Shown here one piece after another: positions 1 through 7,675 of a stretch of 36,104 bases of DNA. The notes under the pieces were generated by a model. It searched no databases. It was not told where the DNA came from and was given only the letters and a program-made list of their open reading frames with translations. Position 1 is the stretch's first letter. The number at the start of each line of letters is the position of its first letter. The position numbers and the translations under genes are program-made. Source of the DNA: a virus; IMG/VR virus record IMGVR_UViG_3300031414_000061, positions 1 through 36,104 of that record. One strand, given 5' to 3'.

Positions 1-127
1 GGTGCACCCGGTCGGCCACGGCGCCGACGATGAGGGCGCCGAGCTTTACCAGGGCATGATTCGCCAGATCGAGAACGGCAGCAACGCCGACACCGCCTAC
101 GACACCGCCGTGAACAGCGCCGCGGCC
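1..127. repeat. Terminal direct repeat, copy 1 (identical to 35978..36104); circular-assembly overlap
   Basis: Read directly. Bases 1-127 (ggtgcacccggtcggccacgg...aacagcgccgcggcc) recur exactly at 35978-36104. The portal reading frame is continuous across the join. Confidence 0.95.
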
Positions 128-1858
128 ATCGGCTTCGGGTTCTGGCGCCTGATCACCGAGTACGAAGGCCCGACCAGCTTTAACCAGGTGATCAAGTACC
201 AGCGCATCCGCGACGCCCTGAAGGTCTATTTTGACCCGGCCAGCGTCGAAGGCGACGGCAGCGACGCGAAGGAATGCGCGATCGTGTCGGACATGCCGCG
301 CGCCGAGTTCGACCGCACCTATCCGGGCAAGCTGGGCGAGTGCCGCACGGCGATCAGCGCGCTGGGCAACAGCATCCAGCCCGGATGGATGACCGACAGC
401 ATGGTGCGCGTGGTGGAGTACTACTGGTTCGAATACAAGGCCGCGACCCTGTACCTGCTGGGCGACGGCACGACCACCACCACCGAACCGCCGGCCGGCA
501 CCATCGTCAAGAACAAGCGCGAAACCCAGATCCCCCAGCTGAAGTGGGCGAAGGCGCACGCGGGCGGCATCCTGGAAGAAACCGACATCATGTGTCAGTG
601 GATTCCGGTCTTCCCGGTATGGGGCGAAGAGTTGGACATTCAGGGCAAGGTGATCCGCAAGGGCATCATTCGCGACGCCAAAGACCCGGCGCAAATGTAT
701 AACTTCTGGATGACCAGCGCGACCGAAGAGGTCAGCCTGCGCCCGAAAACGCCGTTCATCGGTGCTGAAGGCCAGTTCGAAGGGCACGAAAAGAAGTGGG
801 CGCAGGCGAACAAGCGCAGCTTCGCATACCTGGAATACAAGCCGGTCACGATCGACGGCGTGATGGCGCCGCCGCCCCAGCGTTCCCCGATGGCCGACGT
901 CCCGACCGGCATGCTGCAGATGGCGCTGCACGCCGCCGACAACATCAAGGCGGTCACCGGCCTGTTCGATTCCAGCCTGGGCGCCCGCGGCAACGCGACC
1001 AGCGGCGTGCAGGAAGCGCAGCAGCAGCGCCAGGGCGACGTGGCCAACTTCCACTTCATCGACAACCTGCACCGCAGCATTCGCCATTGCGGCCGCTGCC
1101 TGGTCGACATGATCCCGCACTACTACGACGCCGCGCGCGTGGTCGAGATCATGCGCGAGAACGGACAGATCGAATCCAAGCCGATCAACCAGCCCGCCAC
1201 GAACGAAGCCGGCCAGCCGGTCGACGTGCAGGGCATGCCAATCGTGGATCCGACCGCGCAGGTCCAGAAGATCCTGAATGACGTCACCGTGGGCCGCTAC
1301 GGCGTGACCTTCGACGCCGGCCCGAGCTTTGCCACGCAGCGCGAAGAGACCAAGGCCGCGATCGTGGAGCTGGGCGGCAAGTGGCCGAAGCTGCTGGACG
1401 TGGCCGGCGATATCGCGATCGAGAACATGGACTGGCAGGGCGCCGACAAGATCGCGCGCCGCCTGAAGGCCAGCATGCCGCCTCAGATCACCGCAGGCGA
1501 TGAAGGCGAGGATGGCCAGCCCGCCGGCCCGGCGCCGCTGCCGCCCGAGATCGAGCAGCACATTCAGAAGGCCGACCAGCTGATCGACCAACTGCAGCAG
1601 CAGCTGGCCGAGGCCGAAGCCGGCCACCAGGCCGCGCTGGACGAGGCCCGCATCAATGCCACCAGCCGCGAAGAGGTCGCGCGCATCAATTCGCAGGGCA
1701 AGGCCGACGCCGAAGAGATCAAGGGCCTGATCCAGCTGCTGCTGGCCAAGATGCAACCGCCGGCCGCCCTGGTGTCCGCTGCCGCACAAACCGAAGATTC
1801 CCGCCCCGCTGCCAGCCAAGCAGCGGAACCGGCGCAAACCCTGGCCCAACCGGAGTGA
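2..1858 (+). CDS. Portal protein (P22/Sf6-like), C-terminal ~618 aa of a ~704-aa protein
   Basis: Long ORF with high GC3, located upstream of scaffold and coat. The C-terminal ~120 aa are strongly helical/coiled (EIEQHIQKADQLIDQLQQQLAEAEAGHQAALDEARINATSREEVARINSQGKADAEEIKGLIQLLLAKM), which resembles the P22 portal barrel. Confidence 0.85.
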   Translation: MHPVGHGADDEGAELYQGMIRQIENGSNADTAYDTAVNSAAAIGFGFWRLITEYEGPTSFNQVIKYQRIRDALKVYFDPASVEGDGSDAKECAIVSDMPRAEFDRTYPGKLGECRTAISALGNSIQPGWMTDSMVRVVEYYWFEYKAATLYLLGDGTTTTTEPPAGTIVKNKRETQIPQLKWAKAHAGGILEETDIMCQWIPVFPVWGEELDIQGKVIRKGIIRDAKDPAQMYNFWMTSATEEVSLRPKTPFIGAEGQFEGHEKKWAQANKRSFAYLEYKPVTIDGVMAPPPQRSPMADVPTGMLQMALHAADNIKAVTGLFDSSLGARGNATSGVQEAQQQRQGDVANFHFIDNLHRSIRHCGRCLVDMIPHYYDAARVVEIMRENGQIESKPINQPATNEAGQPVDVQGMPIVDPTAQVQKILNDVTVGRYGVTFDAGPSFATQREETKAAIVELGGKWPKLLDVAGDIAIENMDWQGADKIARRLKASMPPQITAGDEGEDGQPAGPAPLPPEIEQHIQKADQLIDQLQQQLAEAEAGHQAALDEARINATSREEVARINSQGKADAEEIKGLIQLLLAKMQPPAALVSAAAQTEDSRPAASQAAEPAQTLAQPE

Positions 1859-1887
1859 TTCCGGGTTCTAAATTCTTGGGATGATCC

Positions 1888-2835
1888 ATGCAAACTGAAA
1901 CCACCGCCCCAGCAGTCGACACCACCGCCACCGCGCCAGCCGCGCAGGCCGCGCCGACCCAGCAGACCACCACCACGCCGCCGGCCAGCGGTCAGGAAGG
2001 TGCGCCCGCAGGCCAGGCCCAGCCCACCGGCACCACCGAAACACCCGCGAATGGCCAGAACGCCGACCAGGGCACGCAGCAGGCCGACGCCGGCCAGGCT
2101 GACGGCACCGCCACGAACGAACAGGACCGCGACGAGCGTGGCCAGTTCAAGCCGAAGATCCAAAAGCGCATTGATGAGCTGACCCATGCGCGCCGCGCCG
2201 CCGAACGAGAGGCGGCACGCTGGCGCGCCATCGCGGAGGGAACCCAGAAGGGCAACCCCGCGCCCCAAGCGCATGAATTCGCATCGGACGACGACTACGA
2301 GGCCGCCCTGCAGCAGCACCGCATTGACGAAGCTGCGCGCAAGGTCGCCGCCAACCAGGCCAACCAGGCCGCCGAGCAGTACCAGCAGGAGGCGGCCAGC
2401 GCCGTCGACGCCACCTACAACGAACGCGCAGCAGATGCGGCCCGCCGCATCCCCGACTTCGTGGACGTCGTGGGCAAGGCCGATATCCAGATCACGCACG
2501 ACATGCTGGCCGCCCTGAAGGCCAGCGCGCACGGTCCGGACATTGTGTACGAGCTGGCCAAGAACCCCGCCGAAGCGCAGCGCATCGCAGGCCTGCCGGC
2601 CGCGCAGATGTTCATGGCGCTGGGCGCGATGGAAGCCAGGGCCGCCGCCACGGCAACCACCGCCACTTCGGCACCTGCAGCTGCCGCTGCACCTGCTGCA
2701 CGCACCACCAACGCGCCACCGCCCGCCCGCCCGGCAGGTGCAGGCGCGTCTGCCCCGAACACCGACCCCGCAAACATGTCCATGGACGAATACAAGGCAT
2801 GGCGTAAGGGGCAGGGCTCCAAGTACATCAGCTAA
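1888..2835 (+). CDS. Putative scaffolding protein
   Basis: 315-aa ORF between portal and coat. It has a T/A/Q/P-rich low-complexity N-terminus, a charged helical core (DERGQFKPKIQKRIDELTHARRAAEREAARWRAIAEG) and a short basic C-terminus. The assignment rests on position and composition only. Confidence 0.6.
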   Translation: MQTETTAPAVDTTATAPAAQAAPTQQTTTTPPASGQEGAPAGQAQPTGTTETPANGQNADQGTQQADAGQADGTATNEQDRDERGQFKPKIQKRIDELTHARRAAEREAARWRAIAEGTQKGNPAPQAHEFASDDDYEAALQQHRIDEAARKVAANQANQAAEQYQQEAASAVDATYNERAADAARRIPDFVDVVGKADIQITHDMLAALKASAHGPDIVYELAKNPAEAQRIAGLPAAQMFMALGAMEARAAATATTATSAPAAAAAPAARTTNAPPPARPAGAGASAPNTDPANMSMDEYKAWRKGQGSKYIS

Positions 2836-2875
2836 CACCACCCATCCAACCCACCTGTTTTAGGAACCCGTAAAA

Positions 2876-4093
2876 ATGGCAAATCAACTTGCAACTTGCT
2901 CCGTCGTCGCGAAGGAAGCGCTGGCGATTCTGGAAAACCTGCTGACCTTCTCCAAGAACGTCAACCGCGACTATGAGGCCGAGTTCACCGACAACGTGAA
3001 CCGCGGCTACGCGCCCGGCCAGACCATCCAGATCAAGAAACCGCCGCGCTACCAGTACCGCGCCGGCCGCGTCGCCCAGCCGCAGGCGACCGTGGAACCG
3101 ACCATCCCGCTGACCCTGCAGCAGGGTGGTTGCGACCTGCAGTTCACCGCCGCCGAGCGCACCCTGTCGGTGACGAAGCTGGAAGATAAGATTGCGGCCG
3201 CCGTCGCCGTGGTCGCCAACGAAATCGACCGCCAAGGCCTGGCGCTGGCCCACTACGCCAGCCCGAACGCCCTGAACCCGACCGGCGGCATGCCGAATAC
3301 GCAGGATCTGGCGATCGGCGCAATGACCGACCTGAACGCCCGCCTGGACGAAATGGGCGCGCCGCGCGTCAAGGGCCAGCGCACCTTCATCACCGCACCG
3401 CGCCCGCACGGCAACATGGTCAAGGGCCTGGCCGGCATGTTCAACCCGGGCAGCAAGGTGTCCGAGCAGAACAACAGCGGCATGCTGGTGCCGTCGTTCG
3501 GCCTGAACCTGGGCATGGACCAGAACGTGGACGTGCACACCAACGGCACCCAAGTCGTGACCGGCACCGCCGTGAACGGCGCAGGCCAGGCCGGCGCGTC
3601 GATCAACGTGGCAGCGCTGGGCGGCACCATCACCCGCGGCACCGTCGTGACCTTCCCGGGCGTGTTCGCCGTGAACCCGCAGAGCCGCAACAGCACCGGC
3701 GTGCTGGCGCAGTTCGTCGTGACCGCTGACCTGGCCGCTGGCGCCACCGCTATCCCGGTCTCGCCGGCCCTGGTGATCAACGGCGCGTTCCAGAACGTGA
3801 CCGCATCGCCGACCGCTGGCCAGAACTTCCTGATCGTGGGCGCCGCGTCGACCAGCTACCAGACCAACATCGCCTATCACAAGGATGCGTTCACCCTGGC
3901 CATGGTGCCAATGTGGGCGCCGCCGGGTGGTAAGGGCGTCATCGACGTGCACCAGGAGACCAGCAACGGCTTCACCATCAAGGTGACCGAGTTCTACGAC
4001 GGCACCAACGACGTCCCGATCATGCGCCTGGACGCCCTGTTCGGCTGGGCCGCGCCGTATGCCGAGCTGTCGGCCAAGTACTACACCGCCTAA
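2876..4093 (+). CDS. Major capsid (coat) protein, P22/Sf6 coat family
   Basis: The N-terminus VVAKEALAILENLLTFSKNVNRDYEAEF...GQTIQIKKPPRY and the C-terminus NGFTIKVTEFYDGTNDVPIMRLDALFGW match the pattern I recall for Sf6 gp5 and P22_CoatProtein-family proteins. Position after the scaffold gene agrees. Confidence 0.85.
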   Translation: MANQLATCSVVAKEALAILENLLTFSKNVNRDYEAEFTDNVNRGYAPGQTIQIKKPPRYQYRAGRVAQPQATVEPTIPLTLQQGGCDLQFTAAERTLSVTKLEDKIAAAVAVVANEIDRQGLALAHYASPNALNPTGGMPNTQDLAIGAMTDLNARLDEMGAPRVKGQRTFITAPRPHGNMVKGLAGMFNPGSKVSEQNNSGMLVPSFGLNLGMDQNVDVHTNGTQVVTGTAVNGAGQAGASINVAALGGTITRGTVVTFPGVFAVNPQSRNSTGVLAQFVVTADLAAGATAIPVSPALVINGAFQNVTASPTAGQNFLIVGAASTSYQTNIAYHKDAFTLAMVPMWAPPGGKGVIDVHQETSNGFTIKVTEFYDGTNDVPIMRLDALFGWAAPYAELSAKYYTA

Positions 4094-4107
4094 GCCGGCA
4101 GCGTAGT

Positions 4108-4134
4108 GAAGCGCCGGGCCCTGTGCCCGGCTTC
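4108..4134 (+). terminator. Stem-loop immediately after the coat gene (attenuator or RNA stabiliser candidate)
   Basis: GAAGCGCCGGGC-cctgt-GCCCGGCTTC gives a 6+4 bp stem with one bulge. No T-tract follows, so it is not a classical intrinsic terminator. Confidence 0.35.
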
Positions 4135-4169
4135 ATCGAATCCATATCAATCTGAAGGAACCCCGCACC

Positions 4170-4571
4170 ATGGCAATCAATCTCAACCGCCAATATATGG
4201 GCCTGCTGGCCGGCACCGTCGTCGGCCTGTCCACCAACGTCGAAAACAACCTGATCGCGTCGGGCATGGCATCGGCCAACGCTTCGAAGGCCAACATCAC
4301 CCCGGGCAACGTCGCCTATGCCGGCATCCAGGGCACCGTGGCAATCCCCGCCGGCCAGTCGTCGGTGACCATCACCAACCCGCTGATCGACGCGAACACG
4401 AAGGTGATGGCCAACATCGCGCAGGCCGCCGCTGACGGCACCCTGACCAGCCTGGTGCGCGTGGTGCCGGCCGCTGGCTCGGTGACCATCTACGGCAACG
4501 CCAACGCGACCGCCGCCGTCGTGGTCGACTGGTCGATCGCCGCCGCCCCGGGCCTGACCGTCGCCAACTGA
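4170..4571 (+). CDS. Hypothetical virion protein (possible capsid decoration or beta-sandwich protein)
   Basis: 133-aa ORF directly after coat, with RBS ggaac...ATG. It is rich in short beta-type segments (GTVAIPAGQSSVTITNPLIDANTKVMANI..GSVTIYGNANATAAVVVDWSI). Function is inferred from position only. Confidence 0.7.
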   Translation: MAINLNRQYMGLLAGTVVGLSTNVENNLIASGMASANASKANITPGNVAYAGIQGTVAIPAGQSSVTITNPLIDANTKVMANIAQAAADGTLTSLVRVVPAAGSVTIYGNANATAAVVVDWSIAAAPGLTVAN

Positions 4572-4575
4572 TCCA

Positions 4576-4639
4576 TTCCCGCGTAAGCGGGAACCCACCA
4601 CCCGGCCCGGCCCATCACCACGATGCGCCGGGTATTTTT
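4576..4639 (+). terminator. Two hairpins; the second is a rho-independent terminator candidate
   Basis: First hairpin: TTCCCGC-gtaa-GCGGGAA (4576-4593, GNRA-type loop). Second hairpin: ACCCGGC...GCCGGGT (4600-4606 / 4627-4633), followed by ATTTTT (4634-4639). Confidence 0.55.
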
Positions 4640-4652
4640 GGAGCAAAAGCGC

Positions 4653-5198
4653 ATGAAAACCCTGCAATTTCCGATGACCCTGACCCACCGCAGCAACCCG
4701 CACGCGCAGGTGGTGGTGGCCAACGCCGAACAGCTGGCCGAGATCCCGGCCGAATACCTGCCCGAGACCACCGGCGACGCGCCGGCCGTGGTGACCGCTG
4801 CAGCCGCGATTCCAGGCGTGAACCTGGACGCCGGCACCGTCGACAGCGCCGAGGAAGCCGAACGCCGCCAGTCCCTGGATGAAGCCGTGGACGAGTTCAC
4901 CGCCCATGTGCAGGCCGAGACCAGCAAGATCGACGCCGCGCGCGCCCAGCTGGACGCCGACCGCGCCACCCTGGCCGAGCAGACCGCCGCCCTGAACGAA
5001 CAGATGGAAGCGCTGGCGCGCGATCGTGCCGACTTCGAAGCGCAGCGCGCGGCCGCTGCCGGCGTCGCAGGAACTGGCGATATCGGTGGCGACACCGGCG
5101 CCGCTTCGGCAGCTGCAGAGGGCGCCGCAACTGGCGACACCGCGACGCCGCCGGCAGCACCTGCCAAGCGTACGCGCGGCGCGAAGGCCGAGGGCTAA
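4653..5198 (+). CDS. Hypothetical coiled-coil protein
   Basis: I chose ATG 4653 (GGAG 9 nt upstream) over the track start 4623, which lies inside the terminator hairpin. The central region is helical (SLDEAVDEFTAHVQAETSKIDAARAQLDADRATLAEQTAALNEQMEALARDRADFEAQRA). Confidence 0.7.
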   Translation: MKTLQFPMTLTHRSNPHAQVVVANAEQLAEIPAEYLPETTGDAPAVVTAAAAIPGVNLDAGTVDSAEEAERRQSLDEAVDEFTAHVQAETSKIDAARAQLDADRATLAEQTAALNEQMEALARDRADFEAQRAAAAGVAGTGDIGGDTGAASAAAEGAATGDTATPPAAPAKRTRGAKAEG

Positions 5199-5201
5199 GC
5201 G

Positions 5202-5918
5202 ATGGCGACGGTTCTGGACCTGATCACCGCCGCGCTGGTGACCGTGAAGGCGCTGGCGGTCGGCGAAACACCTGGCCCCGACATGACGACGGACGCCCTG
5301 GACAAGTTCAACGACGTGCTGGAAGTGCTGTCTATCCAGAACCTGGCCGTGTACGCAAGCATCGACACCGTGGTGCCGCTGGTCGCCAACCAGGCGGCCT
5401 ATATTCTCGGCCCCGCCGGTGTCGGCCAGCGCCCGCTGTCCATGGATGCAATCGACTCGGCGCGCACCACCTTCGGCGGTGTCGACTTCCCGATCGAGAT
5501 CGTCGCCGACGTCGACTACGACGCGCTGGCGGTCAAGCAGGTACCGGGCATTCCGGAATGGGGCGCCCTGGACAACGACTTCCCGAACGCGACCCTGACG
5601 CTGTACCCGGTGCCGTACCAGGCCGGCACCCTGACCGTGACCCAGCGCCAGCAGTTCACCAGCGCCAGCGCGCTGACCGACACCTTTGCCATGCCGCCGG
5701 GCTATCGCCGCCTGATTCGCCTGATGCTGGCGTGGGAGCTGCGCACCGACTACCCGGGCATGGACGCGCAGGAGCTGCAGAACCTGAAGGACGACGTGGC
5801 CGGTGCGCTGGGCAGCGTCAAGCGCGCGAACATCGAGCCCGTACTCATGCGCAGCGAGGTCGCCGACCTGACGGCAGGCGGCGGTAGCGGATACGTCAAC
5901 TGGCGCGACGGCGCCTAA
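5202..5918 (+). CDS. Putative head-to-tail adaptor (P22 gp4 / T7 gp11-like)
   Basis: The N-terminus VLDLITAALVTVKALAVGETPGPDMTTDALDKFNDVLEVLSIQN follows the pattern of P22 gp4 (DLVRAALRKLGVASDATL...DAVDDLEAMMAEW) as I recall it. GAGGG RBS lies 8 nt upstream. Confidence 0.55.
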   Translation: MATVLDLITAALVTVKALAVGETPGPDMTTDALDKFNDVLEVLSIQNLAVYASIDTVVPLVANQAAYILGPAGVGQRPLSMDAIDSARTTFGGVDFPIEIVADVDYDALAVKQVPGIPEWGALDNDFPNATLTLYPVPYQAGTLTVTQRQQFTSASALTDTFAMPPGYRRLIRLMLAWELRTDYPGMDAQELQNLKDDVAGALGSVKRANIEPVLMRSEVADLTAGGGSGYVNWRDGA

Positions 5919-5943
5919 CCCGATTACACAAGGACACCACCCC

Positions 5944-6513
5944 ATGAAGAACTTCCTGCGCCTTTCCGGAGGTCTTGACGTCACCCGCCTGCTGCTGGCC
6001 ATCCAGCGCCGGCCCGAGTTGTGGAGGGAAGACACCTATTTGCGCGACTACCCGCAGGGCCCATTCGCCGCGATCGAGTCGATCATGCTGCGCTTCCCGG
6101 TCAAGACCGTGCACGAAACCGAAGAGGCGCTGCAGCAGCACCTGGCCACCTACGACCAGCACGAAAACGTGGACTATCCGGCCTACAAGCTGCTGCCCGA
6201 GGCGCGCCCGCTGGTGATGGACCTGATGACCTACGTGGGCGGCGAACGCCTGGGCCGGGTGATGATCAACAAGATCGCCCCGGGCGGCGTGATCTACCCG
6301 CACCGCGACACCGCAGCGCATGCCGAGTACTACGACCGCTTCCACATCGTCCTGCAGAGCAAGCCGGGCGTGGTCTTCCGCGCCGGTGATGAGCAGGTCT
6401 ACATGGCGCCGGGTGAGGTCTGGTGGTTCGACAACAGCGAAGAACATGAAGTGATCAATAACAGCGCCGAGGACCGCATCCACATGATTGTCGATATTCG
6501 GACGTCGAAATGA
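5944..6513 (+). CDS. Fe(II)/2-oxoglutarate dioxygenase, aspartyl/asparaginyl beta-hydroxylase (AspH/LpxO) family
   Basis: The core RVMINKIAPGGVIYPHRDTAAHAEYYDRFHIVLQSKPGVVFRAGDEQVYMAPGEVWWFDNSEEHEVINNSAEDRIHMIVD matches the family signature l.pG..I.pH.D...R.H..L....lrvG.e...w.eGe...FDds..HeV.N.s...R.hli.D. Confidence 0.8.
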   Translation: MKNFLRLSGGLDVTRLLLAIQRRPELWREDTYLRDYPQGPFAAIESIMLRFPVKTVHETEEALQQHLATYDQHENVDYPAYKLLPEARPLVMDLMTYVGGERLGRVMINKIAPGGVIYPHRDTAAHAEYYDRFHIVLQSKPGVVFRAGDEQVYMAPGEVWWFDNSEEHEVINNSAEDRIHMIVDIRTSK

Positions 6514-6965
6514 TCACCTGTCACGTCGAATCGTTCGAAGAGCGCCTGGACGAATTGAAGGCGCTGCTGCCGCTGCACTACCGGGAACTGGCCCTGAACC
6601 AGGACAAGGTGCCGCTGTCGCCGATCTACGCCCACTACATCGACCGCGAGCATGCCGGCGGCCTGCTGTTTGTCACCCTGCGCGACGCCGGCCAGCTGGT
6701 CGGCTACTTCATCGGCTTCATCGCCCCGGGCCTGCACTACAGCACCTGCCTGACCTGCACGATGGACATTTTCTACGTGCACCCGGACAAGCGCACCGGC
6801 AGCGCTGGCGTGCGCATGTTCCGCTTCGTAGAAACCGAATTGAAGCGCCGCGGCGTGCAGCGCTGGTTCATGGGTTCGAAGATCCAGGCCGACGCCAGCG
6901 CCCTATTCAAGAGGATCGGCGCCCAGCCGGTCGAAACCTATTACAGCAAGTGGATCGGAGGATAA
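6510..6965 (+). CDS. GNAT-family N-acetyltransferase-like protein
   Basis: The start overlaps the upstream stop (ATGA, 6510-6513). FYVHPDKRTGSAGVRMFRFVETELKRRGVQRWFMGSK...ALFKRIGAQ resembles GNAT motif A (beta4-alpha3) followed by a C-terminal beta/alpha segment. Confidence 0.65.
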   Translation: MITCHVESFEERLDELKALLPLHYRELALNQDKVPLSPIYAHYIDREHAGGLLFVTLRDAGQLVGYFIGFIAPGLHYSTCLTCTMDIFYVHPDKRTGSAGVRMFRFVETELKRRGVQRWFMGSKIQADASALFKRIGAQPVETYYSKWIGG

Positions 6966-6969
6966 ACAC

Positions 6970-7665
6970 ATGGTTGCTGCCGCAGTAGTAGCTGGTTCGA
7001 TCGGGGGCGCCCTGATCAGTTCCAGCGCATCCAAGAGCGCCGCCAACACGCAGGCATCGGCGGCCGATCGCGCCGCTGATCTGTCGTATCAGCAGTATTT
7101 GCAGACCCGCGAAGACCAGGCCCCATGGAGAAACGCCGGTACCACCGCGCTGTCGTCCCTGACCGGCGGCCTGGCGGCCGGTGGCGAGTTCACCAAGTCG
7201 TTCACCATGGACGACTACCAGGCCGACCCGGGCTACGGCTTCCGCCTGGCCGAAGGTCAGAAGGGCATCAACGCCGCGGCCACCGCGCGCGGGTCGCGCT
7301 ATTCCGGCGCCACCCTGAAGGCCCTGGCGCGCTTCAACAGCGACCAGGCCAGCCAGGAATACGGCAAGGCCTACGACCGCTATAACAACGACGTCACGAC
7401 CCGGTTTAACCGCCTGGCCAGCGTCGCCGGTGTCGGCCAGACCGCCACCAACGCGACCAGCGCCGCCGGCCAGACCTACGCCTCGCAGGCCGGTGATGCG
7501 ATCCAGAGCGCCGGCACCGCGCGCGCGTCCGGATACGTCGGTACCGCCAACGCGATCAACGGCGCAGTCGGCCAGATCGGGAATTACTACATGCTGAATT
7601 CGCTGCTGCCGAAGACCGCCGCCACCGGCGCGGCCAGCGGGTCGGTCGCCAACGTCCTGTATTGA
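6970..7665 (+). CDS. Putative internal virion / ejection protein
   Basis: Hydrophobic Gly/Ala N-terminus (MVAAAVVAGSIGGALISS). The motif DDYQADPGYGFRLAEGQKGINAAATARGSRYSGATLKALARF...EYGKAYDRY recurs in podovirus internal proteins as I recall. Function is uncertain. Confidence 0.55.
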   Translation: MVAAAVVAGSIGGALISSSASKSAANTQASAADRAADLSYQQYLQTREDQAPWRNAGTTALSSLTGGLAAGGEFTKSFTMDDYQADPGYGFRLAEGQKGINAAATARGSRYSGATLKALARFNSDQASQEYGKAYDRYNNDVTTRFNRLASVAGVGQTATNATSAAGQTYASQAGDAIQSAGTARASGYVGTANAINGAVGQIGNYYMLNSLLPKTAATGAASGSVANVLY

Positions 7666-7675
7666 GGGGAAAACC

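Noticed and set aside
1-127. Reading the 127-bp terminal repeat as a biological direct terminal repeat or as a duplicated gene fragment
   Set aside because: The repeat falls in the middle of the portal coding sequence and restores one intact ORF when the ends are joined. Its length is typical of an assembler k-mer overlap. Read-level data would be needed to claim physical ends.
4106-4435. Track ORF 4106..4435(+), overlapping the 133-aa gene in another frame
   Set aside because: It starts inside the post-coat hairpin. It has Arg/His/Pro/Gly-rich composition and no RBS. The frame at 4170..4571 has protein-like sequence and a proper start context.
4020-6035. Long antisense ORFs such as 4020..6035(-), 13166..15940(-), 1564..2841(-), 2828..3952(-), 7556..9037(-), 9814..11115(-), 20485..22218(+), 17020..17913(+), 18621..19478(+), 28918..30030(-) and 33936..34922(-)
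   Set aside because: These are shadow ORFs typical of high-GC DNA. Their translations are Arg/Gly/Ala/His-rich with no motifs. Each lies opposite a strand with clear family signatures, high GC3 and coupled starts.
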